Origin: an uncultured Planctomycetota bacterium
GTDB taxonomy: Bacteria; Planctomycetota; Planctomycetia; Isosphaerales; Isosphaeraceae
Direction of reading: 5' to 3'
NCBI GenBank assembly: GCA_963823665.1
Contig: CAWGMQ010000004.1
Span: forward strand, 2,240,001 to 2,304,000
DNA length: 64,000 nucleotides
Shown here: in pieces, positions 18,245 to 28,722 of the stretch
Layout of the letters: each line of letters starts with the position of its first letter
Position numbering within the stretch: position 1 is the first letter of the stretch
Program-made: the position numbers and the translations under genes
The notes under the pieces: model-generated
The model's input: the letters and a program-made list of their open reading frames with translations, nothing else
What the model was told of the DNA's origin: nothing
Databases searched by the model: none

Positions 18245-20842
18245 ATGACGAAATCCACTTGCCTCCATATCCAGGATCGAGAATCAGGCCCGATCCGCGT
18301 TGTAGAGCTGCCGTGGATCTCGGTACGCATCGGCCGCGCAGCCTACTGCGAGGTACGGCTCGCGGGGCTTGATCTACCAGATGAGGTCTGCCGCTTGCAG
18401 CGCCGGGGACTCACGTGGCGCCTTTTACCGACTGGCAGCGACTGTCCCGTCTTCATGAGCGGTCGGCGCCTGGGTGGCGTCTGCACCTTGCCGTTTAACG
18501 TTCCCTTTCGCGCGGGGCCATATTGCTTCACTCTCCGCCAGGACCGCTCTGTCCAACCAGACTGGCACATGTATGCAGGCCCGGCACCACTTCAAGAAGG
18601 TATCATAGAAAAACCGCCACTCGCCGAACTGGAGCCTGATCCGGTACCAGTGTCAGAGAGCTTGATTCTGCCTGCAGTAACCCGTTGCCGGATTGCAGCG
18701 CCTCCGCCCGTTGCTGACACAGCGCGCCTCCACAGGAACACGGTAAAACCACCGGTCACTGAAAAACGACCGGAACCCAAGCACTATGGTTCGCCACTAC
18801 TTGATTGCTACGAGCAATGGGATGCCCGCTGGAAGGCATTGAATGCTAAGGTGAATGCGCGTGCCGAGAGCAGGCTAAAGGCCCCCGAGTTCAGCCGGCC
18901 AGTCTACCGTTCCGACCTGGAGCCAGTGCCTCTTAGAGAGGCTCACACCCCTCTGATTGAGGTACCAACGAGCGCTGATCCCATCCGGGAGCTACAGTCG
19001 GAAACGATCGTATCCCAGCCACCTGTTCCGGCTCCAACCAGCTTGACCGAAACAGTTGAACTCGGACAACAGTTTACAGAGTTTCCTACGGAACTTCTCG
19101 CCGAGCAGCCGCTCATTGCAGCACACCAGACTGCCAACCTAACGGTCGTGGACAGCGTTTCTGATGCGCTCGATCTCATTCCAGCACCGCGGACTGCCAA
19201 TTCGACTGCTGTGGTCGATGTTTCTGATGAACAGCAGCATATCGTAGCACCCCAGACTGCCGACCTACTTACCGTGGGCTACGTTTCTGATGCGCTCGAT
19301 CTCATTCCAGCACCGTGGACTGCCAATTCAACCGCTGTGGATGACGATCCTGATGCGCAGCACGTCGTAGCACCCCAGACTGCCGACCTACTCGCCGTGG
19401 ACCATGTTCCTGATGCGCAGCAGTCGACCGCACCACCCCAGATTGGTGATCCAACCAAGGAGTCTGCTTCTGTCAATCCGGTTGACGTGCTCCCGGATTG
19501 CGAGATCGAGGACATGCAGTCCGAGCTTGAGCCCTCGACAATCAATCAGTCTTTCTACCAGGACGATTCCGAATACGAGACTCAGCCGAGGCATGCGGCA
19601 CCATCACTGACCAAGGATGTGGAATGGCCCTCGGCCAAGGATATACTCGCGGTCTACCAGGCCGCTCGACCCTGCCAGTCTCCAGTGAACACCGGTAAAA
19701 CCACGACAAAGAAGATCAGTCGACCCAGTCTTATGCCAACCCCGGAGCGCGAACCCTCCCACTGGGCTCCACCGATCGTTCTGACTGGTCCTGTTGCAGT
19801 CATCTTTATACTCGCGGCCGGACTCCTTGGCTGTTCACTCTCATGGTCGTGGGCTCAAGATTCCTATGCGGCGGCGATTGTGACCGATCGTCTCTTGACC
19901 AGCGATTTGACCCTCCAGCGCAGCCGTCTGCCTGACTCGGTCCAACCCCCGTCCGGAAGCTGGCTGACCTCAACTCCAGCGCACTTGACTAGCTGGGCTG
20001 TATTCCTCGGATACTTCCGCGGAGCGGAAAACCAATCTCCTGACGAAAGTGTAGCGCTCCTGGAACGTGCTCTGGCCGCTTCACCCGTTAATGCACAGGC
20101 CCGGCTTACACAGACGCTGCTTGAACCAGTTGATAGCACGAAAGCCGTATCTTCGCGCAGCATGGGTCTCAGCCGCGATGTAGCTAGTCTATCTTGCAGC
20201 GCTCGCCGACTTGTAGCAGCAGGGAAGAAAGACGAAGCACTTGCTCTCTTCGGACGCGCACTTTCGCTCGCTGTCCCTGAGAAGTCGTCTCGTTACCACT
20301 TGCCACGATTCAGCGAAGATCCAGGTGCTCCCCGCTATCTGCTACCCGGCGAAGAGCCGGTACGCGAGATCATTGTAGAATTTATCTCCCAGAACACATG
20401 GACATTCGAAGAATGGTCGCGCGTGCTCCCGGAGAATCCGGTTGTCTTGATCGCGGCCGCTCGGCTTCTGCGCGAGCGAGGTCGCGGCGAAGTAGAAATC
20501 ATGCTGGACCGCATTCTCAAGCAAACGGTGATTCCGCCCTCTTCCTCCGAGGCTGGGCCAGTCAAGCTTGCTGCATGCGCAGAGGCTCTCGCGTTTCGCT
20601 CGCGTTTCAAAGAATCCCATCAGCTTTATCATCAGGCGATTGATTTGATCGATGACCCGACTATCCGGCGGTCCTGGTGGTTCAACCTGGCGGATATCGC
20701 CTATCGGTCAGATGACGATATAGAGCGTCAGGCTGCACTCCGATCGGCGTTGGCTGTTGCATTTAGCGATGACATCACGCGCCGCGCAACTGATATTCAG
20801 CGTACAACCCTCGTGCGGTCAACAGGTGTAAAGGCAAACTAG
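18245..20842 (+). CDS. FHA-like domain / Pro-acidic repeat linker / single TM / TPR-like protein
   Basis: N-terminal VRIGRAAYCEVRL beta-domain, low-complexity linker, TM at about 19770-19855, helical repeats (EALALFGRAL, SHQLYHQAID); RBS GGGAGG before ATG 18245. Confidence 0.7.
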   Translation: MTKSTCLHIQDRESGPIRVVELPWISVRIGRAAYCEVRLAGLDLPDEVCRLQRRGLTWRLLPTGSDCPVFMSGRRLGGVCTLPFNVPFRAGPYCFTLRQDRSVQPDWHMYAGPAPLQEGIIEKPPLAELEPDPVPVSESLILPAVTRCRIAAPPPVADTARLHRNTVKPPVTEKRPEPKHYGSPLLDCYEQWDARWKALNAKVNARAESRLKAPEFSRPVYRSDLEPVPLREAHTPLIEVPTSADPIRELQSETIVSQPPVPAPTSLTETVELGQQFTEFPTELLAEQPLIAAHQTANLTVVDSVSDALDLIPAPRTANSTAVVDVSDEQQHIVAPQTADLLTVGYVSDALDLIPAPWTANSTAVDDDPDAQHVVAPQTADLLAVDHVPDAQQSTAPPQIGDPTKESASVNPVDVLPDCEIEDMQSELEPSTINQSFYQDDSEYETQPRHAAPSLTKDVEWPSAKDILAVYQAARPCQSPVNTGKTTTKKISRPSLMPTPEREPSHWAPPIVLTGPVAVIFILAAGLLGCSLSWSWAQDSYAAAIVTDRLLTSDLTLQRSRLPDSVQPPSGSWLTSTPAHLTSWAVFLGYFRGAENQSPDESVALLERALAASPVNAQARLTQTLLEPVDSTKAVSSRSMGLSRDVASLSCSARRLVAAGKKDEALALFGRALSLAVPEKSSRYHLPRFSEDPGAPRYLLPGEEPVREIIVEFISQNTWTFEEWSRVLPENPVVLIAAARLLRERGRGEVEIMLDRILKQTVIPPSSSEAGPVKLAACAEALAFRSRFKESHQLYHQAIDLIDDPTIRRSWWFNLADIAYRSDDDIERQAALRSALAVAFSDDITRRATDIQRTTLVRSTGVKAN
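19117..19440 (+). repeat. In-frame tandem repeat, about 5 units of 60-63 bp arranged as a 123-126 bp dimer
   Basis: cgtttctgatgcgctcgatctcattccagcaccg at 19156 and 19282; tcgtagcaccccagactgccgacctact at 19242 and 19365. Confidence 0.9.
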
Positions 20843-20877
20843 TCCAGAACGATTGATAACACGAAGGACGATAGAAC

Positions 20878-21870
20878 ATGGCGGCGAAATCGAAGCGGCT
20901 TTCGGTGAAATCCGACCAATCAGAACAGCACGACAGCCTGCTCTTGATGGTTCATGCCGCTGGGGTTGATCCCGCACGACGTGTAGGCCTTCTTTGCGGA
21001 CTCATATGTCTGGGCATGTTCGTGCGCATCTTCTGGGTGAACCTGGGACATTTCTACTATGCCTGGACGACTGACGAAAACTACAGCCACGGCTTCCTGG
21101 TCCCCATGATCAGCCTCTACTTTGCCAACCGTGTTGCCTCGAACGGACCGATCCCGGTTCGTGGAGGCACCTGGCTGGGAGGCTCGCTCTTGGTCTCCTC
21201 GCTCGTGCTGCGTCTCATCACGATTCCGTTGCCCATTCCGTTTTTGAGCGATGTCGCATTGCTCATCGGGCTGACCGGGCTATTCACGATGATGATGGGA
21301 GCGACGGCCCTCAAGCATTACTGGTTCGCGTTCTTCTTCCTGGTGTTCATGGTCCCCCTTCCGATCGCGCTTTATTCGAAAATTGCTTCGCCATTGCAAC
21401 TACTTGCCAGCCGCGTTGCCTCGATCTTGATGACCGCCAGTGGTGTGCCTGTGCTTCGTGAAGGGAACAAAATGACCTTGCCCGGTGGGTTGCAGATGTT
21501 CGTCGCCGAAGCGTGTAGCGGAATGCGGCAGTTGACCGGCTTCCTGGCGCTCACGGCTGCCGTGGCCTACTGGACGAAGCGCCCGCCTTGGTATCGCGTG
21601 GTGATCGTGATCTCCGCCTTGCCAATCGCGCTCTCGGCAAACATCGCTCGGGTGATGCTCACCGGATATATCATGCACTTTGTCAACCCGCAGTTTGCAC
21701 TCGGAACTTATCACACCGTCGAGGGGTTGCTCATGATGGCGTTCGGCCTTCTGCTCCTTCAAGCCGAGTGCTGGGGCCTTGATCAGATCTGCCGGATGAA
21801 GCTCTTCGAGCGAGGACAGTATCCAGAGAATGACATGCCGCAAACAAGGTCGCTCGCCGTGGGATCGTGA
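20878..21870 (+). CDS. Exosortase (exosortase/archaeosortase family)
   Basis: YSHGFLVP, FMVPLP, LQLLAS, REGN; catalytic Cys in VAEACSGMR, Arg in ANIARV, His in YHTVEG. Confidence 0.93.
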   Translation: MAAKSKRLSVKSDQSEQHDSLLLMVHAAGVDPARRVGLLCGLICLGMFVRIFWVNLGHFYYAWTTDENYSHGFLVPMISLYFANRVASNGPIPVRGGTWLGGSLLVSSLVLRLITIPLPIPFLSDVALLIGLTGLFTMMMGATALKHYWFAFFFLVFMVPLPIALYSKIASPLQLLASRVASILMTASGVPVLREGNKMTLPGGLQMFVAEACSGMRQLTGFLALTAAVAYWTKRPPWYRVVIVISALPIALSANIARVMLTGYIMHFVNPQFALGTYHTVEGLLMMAFGLLLLQAECWGLDQICRMKLFERGQYPENDMPQTRSLAVGS

Positions 21871-21920
21871 CGGTATTTCTTGAGGGGTGCCGCATTCGAT
21901 CAAGCATTGCAAGGAAGGAT

Positions 21921-22601
21921 ATGGTGATGTCTCAAATAAAGCGAGCTGTTCTCTGCGGCGTAATTCTCGCCATCGGCATCGCTGCGCAGGCTGCCCTTGA
22001 GACGATGAACCGAACCGAGCGGCCTGAATTACGACTGCCGCTTGCCACAGTTCCGCTCATCCTTGGCGATTGGATGGGACATGATCTGCCAGTTGAAGCC
22101 GACATAGTCGAGCGGGCTCAGACGACCGAGTACCTGAGCCGCGCCTATGAAAGCGCCCGGCACCCCGGTTTCAATTTGCAGCTCTGGATCAACTATTCCC
22201 GTCAAGGAAACAACCTCAGGCATACACCCGAGATCTGTCTTCCCTCCAGCGGGTGGAACAAGATCGAGTCTCAAACTCGCATACTCTCGGTGCCTGCCGG
22301 GCACGACCGGCCGCTCACCATCACCCGGCTCGGCTATGGACGGGATGAAGTGGTGGAATATGTCGGGTTCTGGTACTACATCTTCGGAGAAGGAAAGCTT
22401 GAAAACTATGTGCGAAGCCTTCCCATCACGAGCCGGAGCAGTCACGGTCGTACAACACGCGGCTCGTCAATGACAGTTGAAATCTTCTACCCAGCCGAGC
22501 TTGATCCCGATGGTGAAGTTTTGCGAGATTTCGCTCGCGAATTGCTGAAGGAGCTGGAAAACATCCTGCCCCTCGAGCGCGCCGACTATCACATCCCCTG
22601 A
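21921..22601 (+). CDS. epsI: EpsI-family exosortase-associated protein
   Basis: N-terminal TM, PLILGDWMG, YLSRAY, HTPEICLPSSGW, FWYY; directly follows the exosortase. Confidence 0.85.
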   Translation: MVMSQIKRAVLCGVILAIGIAAQAALETMNRTERPELRLPLATVPLILGDWMGHDLPVEADIVERAQTTEYLSRAYESARHPGFNLQLWINYSRQGNNLRHTPEICLPSSGWNKIESQTRILSVPAGHDRPLTITRLGYGRDEVVEYVGFWYYIFGEGKLENYVRSLPITSRSSHGRTTRGSSMTVEIFYPAELDPDGEVLRDFARELLKELENILPLERADYHIP

Positions 22602-22650
22602 ATGCCACGGTGGGCAAGCATTAGTAGAGTCAAGGAAGATCGAGGCCGAA

Positions 22651-24033
22651 ATGAAGTCGCAACGATCTGGCACGAGGGTGATGGTCGCTTGTCCGGATGC
22701 GCGTTCACCTGCTTATCAGGCTGTGATCGGCCTTCACCGCGCCGCAAAACTGCATTCGTTCGTGACGGCCAGTTACTATAACCCCGCGGGCTGTCTTGCC
22801 TCGATTTGTCGCAGGCTTGCACCGGCTCGATTCAGTCGATTAGAGCACACCCTGCGGCGACGACATGACCCGGAAATCCCCCCTGCCCTTGTACATGATG
22901 CCCCGTCGTTCGACCTCCTGCTCCGGCTTGAGGCTCGGCTTGACAAAAAATTTCCTCATCTCAGCCGCGCCGTGGCCCAGTACCGGACAATGCGATTTGA
23001 CGCTCAACTGGCCCGCGCAATCGCTCGTGATCGTCCCGAGCTCGTACTTGCATTCAGCGACGTGGGCTCGCTGGCTGCTCTTCCGCTCTGCCGGCGTCTG
23101 GGAATCAAGACCATCGTCAGCATGGTCCATGGAGACGTGCGGCAAGAGCAAGAAGTGCTCGAACGAGAAGCAGGCTCATCACCCGAGTTCATGCCGATCT
23201 ACCTTGGATCGAGCGACCTCGATCGTGTTCTCCTGACCTGGTTGCATGATCGTCGCCTTCGCGATCTCGCGTTGGCTGATCGCGTGCTTGTCCCCTCTCA
23301 GCACATCGCCGAAACTCTGGTTCGGTACGGAACACCCGCCGGCAAAGTTCGTGTGATTCCCTACGCGGCTGACTGCCAGCGATTCTGCCCACCCATCTCA
23401 AAGCACCGTGGGTCAGATTGCACCTTCCTTTTCGCCGGGGGAATCAGCCAGCGTAAAGGGATCAAGTATCTGCTCGAAGCCTGGCGACGAATTCACCGGC
23501 CTGGGTGGCGGCTTCAGCTTCTCGGTCCATTGCCGGCAAATCTAGACCCGCTTAAACCCTATTTGGATCTGGTCGAGCCTCTGGGACGGGTTTCACAATC
23601 CGAGATGCCCGCGCGCATGGCATCAGCCGACGTTTTCGTATTTCCGTCACTGTTCGAGGGATCTGCTGTCGTCACCTACGAGGCACTCGCCACTGGTTTG
23701 CCTTGTGTAGTTACACCAAGTGCGGGGTCGGTCGTTCGTGATGGTGTTGAAGGATTTGTTGTCCCCCAGGGCCAGGTCGATGACCTGGCTCGTCGCATGG
23801 AGCAGCTCGGTAATGACCCCGGCTTGCGTGCTTCCATGGCCAGGGCAGCACGCACTCGAGCACTATCATTTGACTGGCCGCAATATCACGAGCGTCTGAT
23901 CGCGGCCGTTGAGGAGTTGCTGTACGCGGAGGTCGCATCCCCGCTGCAATCGCATTTAAACGAGCATGACGGTTCCCGCACAACATCCTTTGCTACCAGT
24001 CAAGCAGATTCCTCTTGTGCCTCGTTGAGCTGA
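22651..24033 (+). CDS. Glycosyltransferase family 4
   Basis: FAGGISQRKG, ADVFVFPSLFEGSAVVTYEALATGLP. Confidence 0.92.
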   Translation: MKSQRSGTRVMVACPDARSPAYQAVIGLHRAAKLHSFVTASYYNPAGCLASICRRLAPARFSRLEHTLRRRHDPEIPPALVHDAPSFDLLLRLEARLDKKFPHLSRAVAQYRTMRFDAQLARAIARDRPELVLAFSDVGSLAALPLCRRLGIKTIVSMVHGDVRQEQEVLEREAGSSPEFMPIYLGSSDLDRVLLTWLHDRRLRDLALADRVLVPSQHIAETLVRYGTPAGKVRVIPYAADCQRFCPPISKHRGSDCTFLFAGGISQRKGIKYLLEAWRRIHRPGWRLQLLGPLPANLDPLKPYLDLVEPLGRVSQSEMPARMASADVFVFPSLFEGSAVVTYEALATGLPCVVTPSAGSVVRDGVEGFVVPQGQVDDLARRMEQLGNDPGLRASMARAARTRALSFDWPQYHERLIAAVEELLYAEVASPLQSHLNEHDGSRTTSFATSQADSSCASLS

Positions 24034-24043
24034 TTGGCCGGTG

Positions 24044-25423
24044 ATGGAAGAGATCAATTACATCTATGCGACGGCCGGGCTGATGGTGCTTTATTTTCTG
24101 CACCAGGTCGTCTTCCGGAAATTCGATCCATTTGCACCGGTCTGGCTGTTCCTGGTCGGGTATCTGCAAATCTACGTCATTCAGGCGTTTAACTTTCACG
24201 ACTGGGCTGTTGAAGTACGCGGCAAGGATCTCGTGACGGCAGCTAACTTTCGGTCTTTCTGGGCACTCCTCTGGTTCCTGCTGGTCTACCAGCTCGGCCC
24301 CACGCGGATCGTGGCCCGGATTCTACCACGGCCTCCGGTGAACTGGTCGACGCTCTTGCCGACTGTAATCTGCCCTCCGCTCATTATTTGGGGGCTCTTC
24401 TGCGCGAATATGTTTGTCGAGGGCGACGCTCCAACCGTTGAGAGTTTTTCGAGCGAGGAGGCGCTTTTCCGATCATTTCCATTCGTGATGCTGGTGGCTG
24501 CGGTGATGCTTGTCATCACTGGTCGCACGACGCAGACAACACGTCCCGTTTATCTGACGCTCGGGCTGCTGGTCGGGGCCGCGTATGTCGCGATCTGGAT
24601 GTTCAACGGTAAGCGTTCTCACTCGCTCATGGGCCTGCTCGCCACGGTCTGTGCCCTCTACCTCACTCGTCTCAAACGCCCCTCCTGGCCCGTCTTGATC
24701 ACGACTGTTGTCTTGGGGGCGCTGGTCGTGACGATCGCACTCGGTTGGCGAGAAGCCTCTAATTATCAGCGGACCGTGGCTGGGTTCATGCAGTTTGTCG
24801 GCGATTTTCAGCCGCAGAAAATCCTCGTCAACTTGAACGTCAAGGATGAAGACGAAGCAGTCGAGTTTAAGTCGTACGAGTCATACGAATACGGCGGGTT
24901 CCTCTTGATGCTGGACACCGTTCCGGAGAAATCACCCTACGACTTTGGCGAGAACTACATACGAGTCGTTTCGACCTACATTCCACGAATTATCTGGCCC
25001 AGCAAGCCGTTATTCGGCCGTAGTAAATGGATCGGCGCATGGATGGCCGGGTCAGAGATGGAACGCGCTGAGGATTTCACAGGCCCGGCTATTGGTATTC
25101 TGGGAGCCACTCAGCTTAACGGCGGTGCCCTCGGCACTCTGATCGTGCTGGGTTGCCTCGCGATGATCCTACGCTCAGCCTACGAATACCTTCGTCTCTA
25201 CCCCCATGTTCCATGGGTCCAGTTCTGCTGGTCCATCACGTACTACAACGCCTGGTTCATGGTCGTCAACGACGATCCCATCGTGTGGTTTTACTACAAC
25301 TGGGGGTTCACGGCGCTTCCTATCGTGGTGCTTTCATGGCTGTGGAATCGCGGTTGCGCAAGGCACACCCCAATCGCACAACCTGGTCCAAGCCTGATCG
25401 AGCTAGCAAGAAGGCGGTTTTAA
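24044..25423 (+). CDS. Probable O-antigen/EPS polymerase (Wzy-like)
   Basis: About 10 TMs, GKRS, periplasmic loop with IPRIIWPSKP; position within the EPS locus. Confidence 0.7.
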   Translation: MEEINYIYATAGLMVLYFLHQVVFRKFDPFAPVWLFLVGYLQIYVIQAFNFHDWAVEVRGKDLVTAANFRSFWALLWFLLVYQLGPTRIVARILPRPPVNWSTLLPTVICPPLIIWGLFCANMFVEGDAPTVESFSSEEALFRSFPFVMLVAAVMLVITGRTTQTTRPVYLTLGLLVGAAYVAIWMFNGKRSHSLMGLLATVCALYLTRLKRPSWPVLITTVVLGALVVTIALGWREASNYQRTVAGFMQFVGDFQPQKILVNLNVKDEDEAVEFKSYESYEYGGFLLMLDTVPEKSPYDFGENYIRVVSTYIPRIIWPSKPLFGRSKWIGAWMAGSEMERAEDFTGPAIGILGATQLNGGALGTLIVLGCLAMILRSAYEYLRLYPHVPWVQFCWSITYYNAWFMVVNDDPIVWFYYNWGFTALPIVVLSWLWNRGCARHTPIAQPGPSLIELARRRF

Positions 25424-26622
25424 TGAAGTTCGCCTTGTGTTTCACCAACTTTGGACCGTATCACCTGGCCCGGCTTCGCGCGCTGGCAAGCCAGTTGCGC
25501 TCAAGAGACGCTGAGTTGATCGCGTATGAGGTAGCAGGTAGTGAGCAAACATATCCATGGCGACGAAGCCATTCCGATGAGCCGTTTAAGTGGATCACGT
25601 TCTTCCCCGATCGTGCACTCGAAACAATTTCCGCGGTCGAGTGCCGCACAGCCATGACAACCGCACTTGACCGTGATCGCCCTGATGTCATCGGCTCCGT
25701 TGGATATGTACGGCCGGAATCCATGGCTGCTGCACGCTGGGCGCGCTTGCACGGCCTGCCAGCAATATTAATGTCTGAGAGCCAGGCGATTGACCGGCCT
25801 CATCGTTGGTGGAAAGAGCTCATCAAGCAGCGGCGTCTGCATTGGTTTGACGCAGCTCTGGTTGGCGGGCCCACGCATCGCAACTACCTGATCCAGCTCG
25901 GAATGCCAGCCAGCCGGATCGCGCTGGGCTACAACGCAGTTGACAATAATTTTTTCGCCGAGAACGCTCGCATGTGGTTACAGCAGGCGAATAGCCGCTC
26001 CGGCTTGCCATCCGTTCCCTATTTCCTCACAGTCTGTCGCTTCGTTCCCGAGAAAAATCTGGTTCGCTTAATCAAGGCATTTGCACGCTATCGTTCCCAT
26101 TGTGATCGTGGTGTTGCCTGGGACCTGGTCTTGTGCGGCGACGGCCCTCTCGCCTTCCAGATCGAGCAAGCTATTGCAGAGAGCCGCTGCTCGCAGGCAA
26201 TTCACCGTCCCGGATTCCTTCAGTCTGATGCATTGCCGCGGTGGTACGCTCATGCCGGTGCTTTTGTGCTCCCGAGTGTATCCGAGCCCTGGGGGCTCGT
26301 TGTCAATGAAGCCGCTGCAAGCGGCCTGCCGCTTCTGGTCTCCTCACTCGCTGGTTGTGCACCTGTGCTCGTGCCACAGTCTGACGGTATGACGGGGAGT
26401 CAATGTAATCCATTCGACGTCGACGCAATTGCGCAGAAGCTCGCCTGGATGGCTGCGCTACCTGATCAAGATCGCTGTGCAATGGGCAAGAAAGCGGCCG
26501 AGCTAGTTTCCCACTGGGGTCCCGATCGCTTCGCTCAAGGCGTGCTTGAAGCGATTGACATTGCCCGCGTTCCACGTCGCCTTAGTAGCTACTCTGGCTC
26601 TCTAACTGCGAAAGCGAGATAA
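25423..26622 (+). CDS. Glycosyltransferase family 4
   Basis: ATG overlaps the wzy stop (TAATG); NFGPYHLAR, RFVPEKN, FVLPSVSEPWGLVVNEAAASGLP. Confidence 0.92.
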   Translation: MKFALCFTNFGPYHLARLRALASQLRSRDAELIAYEVAGSEQTYPWRRSHSDEPFKWITFFPDRALETISAVECRTAMTTALDRDRPDVIGSVGYVRPESMAAARWARLHGLPAILMSESQAIDRPHRWWKELIKQRRLHWFDAALVGGPTHRNYLIQLGMPASRIALGYNAVDNNFFAENARMWLQQANSRSGLPSVPYFLTVCRFVPEKNLVRLIKAFARYRSHCDRGVAWDLVLCGDGPLAFQIEQAIAESRCSQAIHRPGFLQSDALPRWYAHAGAFVLPSVSEPWGLVVNEAAASGLPLLVSSLAGCAPVLVPQSDGMTGSQCNPFDVDAIAQKLAWMAALPDQDRCAMGKKAAELVSHWGPDRFAQGVLEAIDIARVPRRLSSYSGSLTAKAR

Positions 26623-26626
26623 CGAC

Positions 26627-27844
26627 ATGACGAAACCACAACTTCTAAAGCAGTCTCTCATGCCAGCTCGCCGCGCGATCAACTCAATCGCTCTTCCTCC
26701 GATACCTGGGCGCAAAGGCTGGTTGCATCTCTGCAACGGGCTTGATCCTGTGCGCGATGGCGGGATGGTTCCCAGCATCCTTGGAATGACCGAAGCCCTT
26801 GCCCGTCTGCGTGGTGAAATCACCATCGTCACTCCTACACCGTCGCGATTGAATGACTTGAGTATTCCCGCCGCACTGTCACTTAAAGGTCCGGAGACAG
26901 ACCTTGAGGCATCAATTCGTACGGCGGAAATAGTCCACCTTCATGGTCTGTGGCAGTCTCATACCCGCCGCGGTGCTCGCACCGCCCGCGCCGCCCGAAT
27001 CCCTTACCTGATCACAGCCCACGGTATGGCTGAGCCATGGGCCTTACGCAATAAGCGCTGGAAAAAGCGCGTCTATCTGGCACTGATCGAATCGCGCAAC
27101 CTCCGCCGCGCATCGTGCCTGCACGCTCTCTCACGTCCAGAGATTGACCACCTGCGCCAGCTCGCCCCCTGGACACCGATCTGTTTTATTCCCAACGGAG
27201 TCGATCTGGATCCTCTCGACAATCTACCCTCACGAAAGGTGCTAGAGGCTGAGATTCCCGAGCTTGCTGGTAAGTTTGTTCTGCTTTTCTTCGGGCGAGT
27301 GCATGTCAAGAAGGGGCTTGACCTGCTCGCCGAGGCGCTTGGCCGTGTTGCGCCCGCACATCCTGACGTCCACCTGATTATCGCTGGTACGGATGACGGT
27401 GCTTTATCTCCGTTCCGCGATAGATTGGCCGAGCTTGGCTTGACCCGCAAGATGACATACCTTGGGCATGTTTCCGGTGAACGGGCACGCCAGGTATGGG
27501 CTGCGGCTGATGCCTTTGTGTTGCCCAGCTATAGCGAAGGTTTCAGTATGGCGGTTCTTGAAGCAATGGCTTGCCGGCTGCCGTGCCTGATCACCACGAC
27601 ATGTCATTTCGCTGAAGCCGCTGCTGCTGGTGCTGCGATTGTCACTCCCGCAAACGCTGCAGCGATCACCGAAGGCCTGCGTGAATTGCTCGAAATGACA
27701 GTCGACCAACGATTTCGGCTTGGTGCAAACGCCCGGAGATTGGTAGAGGCACACTACACATGGGACCGCCAGGCAGCACGGCTGGCTGCTGTCTACAACT
27801 GGCTTGAGGGCGGTGGGCCAGCTCCGGAGTCCGTGATACAATGA
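26627..27844 (+). CDS. Glycosyltransferase family 4
   Basis: HLHGLW, TAHGM, GRVHVKKGLD, FVLPSYSEGFSMAVLEAMA. Confidence 0.92.
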   Translation: MTKPQLLKQSLMPARRAINSIALPPIPGRKGWLHLCNGLDPVRDGGMVPSILGMTEALARLRGEITIVTPTPSRLNDLSIPAALSLKGPETDLEASIRTAEIVHLHGLWQSHTRRGARTARAARIPYLITAHGMAEPWALRNKRWKKRVYLALIESRNLRRASCLHALSRPEIDHLRQLAPWTPICFIPNGVDLDPLDNLPSRKVLEAEIPELAGKFVLLFFGRVHVKKGLDLLAEALGRVAPAHPDVHLIIAGTDDGALSPFRDRLAELGLTRKMTYLGHVSGERARQVWAAADAFVLPSYSEGFSMAVLEAMACRLPCLITTTCHFAEAAAAGAAIVTPANAAAITEGLRELLEMTVDQRFRLGANARRLVEAHYTWDRQAARLAAVYNWLEGGGPAPESVIQ

Positions 27845-28722
27845 AGCGGAAAGCCCCCCTTAGCGTGATCATTCCCGTCAAGAACGAGGCTGAAAACCTG
27901 AAGCGCTGCCTCTCCGCCCTCGACTGGGCCGACGAGGTCTTCGTCGTGGACAGTCAGAGTACTGACGATACGGAAAAGGTCGCGGTTGCTTTGGGCGTGC
28001 GAGCTGTTCAATTCCGATTCAACGGAACCTATCCCAAGAAGAAAAACTGGGCACTCGACCATCTTCCGTTCCGTAACGAGTGGGTCTTGATCGTCGACGC
28101 CGACGAGGTCGTCGGTCCTGAGCTTGCTGCCGAAATCTCTCATCGAATCGGCACCAATGAAGCCGACGGTTATTACCTGAACTCGCACTATTACTTTCTC
28201 GGTCGCCCAATTCGTCACTGCGGGTACGACGCATGCTGGAACTTGCGCCTGTTCAAACACAGGCTCGGTCGCTACGAGAAGATGCCCGACTCCACCGGCG
28301 GGCGCACCGGAGATAATGAGGCTCATGAGCACGTGGAGCTGAACGGACAAGCTATACGGCTCAAGAATGTTCTCGAACACCACGCTTACCCCACGATTGC
28401 TACCTGGGTTGAAAAGCACAACCGGTATGCAATCTGGGAGGCCGCGGAATCCGAGCGGTTCCTTCGCAACCCCATTCCTCAGTCAATCGGCAGCGTTCAG
28501 CGTTTCAAACGACGGCTCAAAAAAATCGCCTGGCATCTGCCGATGCGCCCGCTCGTCCGTTTCATCTACGCCTATGTATTGCGCTTTGGCTTCCTCGATG
28601 GAAAACCAGGCTTCGTCTTCTGTGGGCTTCTGGCCTTTTATGACTTCCTGGCATCCGCCAATCGTTACGAACAACAGATCGCCGGGAATCATTCTGCCGC
28701 TGGCTTGCCCGTGAGAGCATGA
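27841..28722 (+). CDS. Glycosyltransferase family 2
   Basis: SVIIPVKNE, VVDSQSTDDT, WVLIVDADE, GFLDG. Confidence 0.92.
   Translation: MKRKAPLSVIIPVKNEAENLKRCLSALDWADEVFVVDSQSTDDTEKVAVALGVRAVQFRFNGTYPKKKNWALDHLPFRNEWVLIVDADEVVGPELAAEISHRIGTNEADGYYLNSHYYFLGRPIRHCGYDACWNLRLFKHRLGRYEKMPDSTGGRTGDNEAHEHVELNGQAIRLKNVLEHHAYPTIATWVEKHNRYAIWEAAESERFLRNPIPQSIGSVQRFKRRLKKIAWHLPMRPLVRFIYAYVLRFGFLDGKPGFVFCGLLAFYDFLASANRYEQQIAGNHSAAGLPVRA

Noticed and set aside
25153..25422. N-terminal extension of the 489-aa GT ORF overlapping wzy
   Set aside because: The real start is the ATG at 25423 coupled to the wzy stop; the extension is an ORF-calling artefact.
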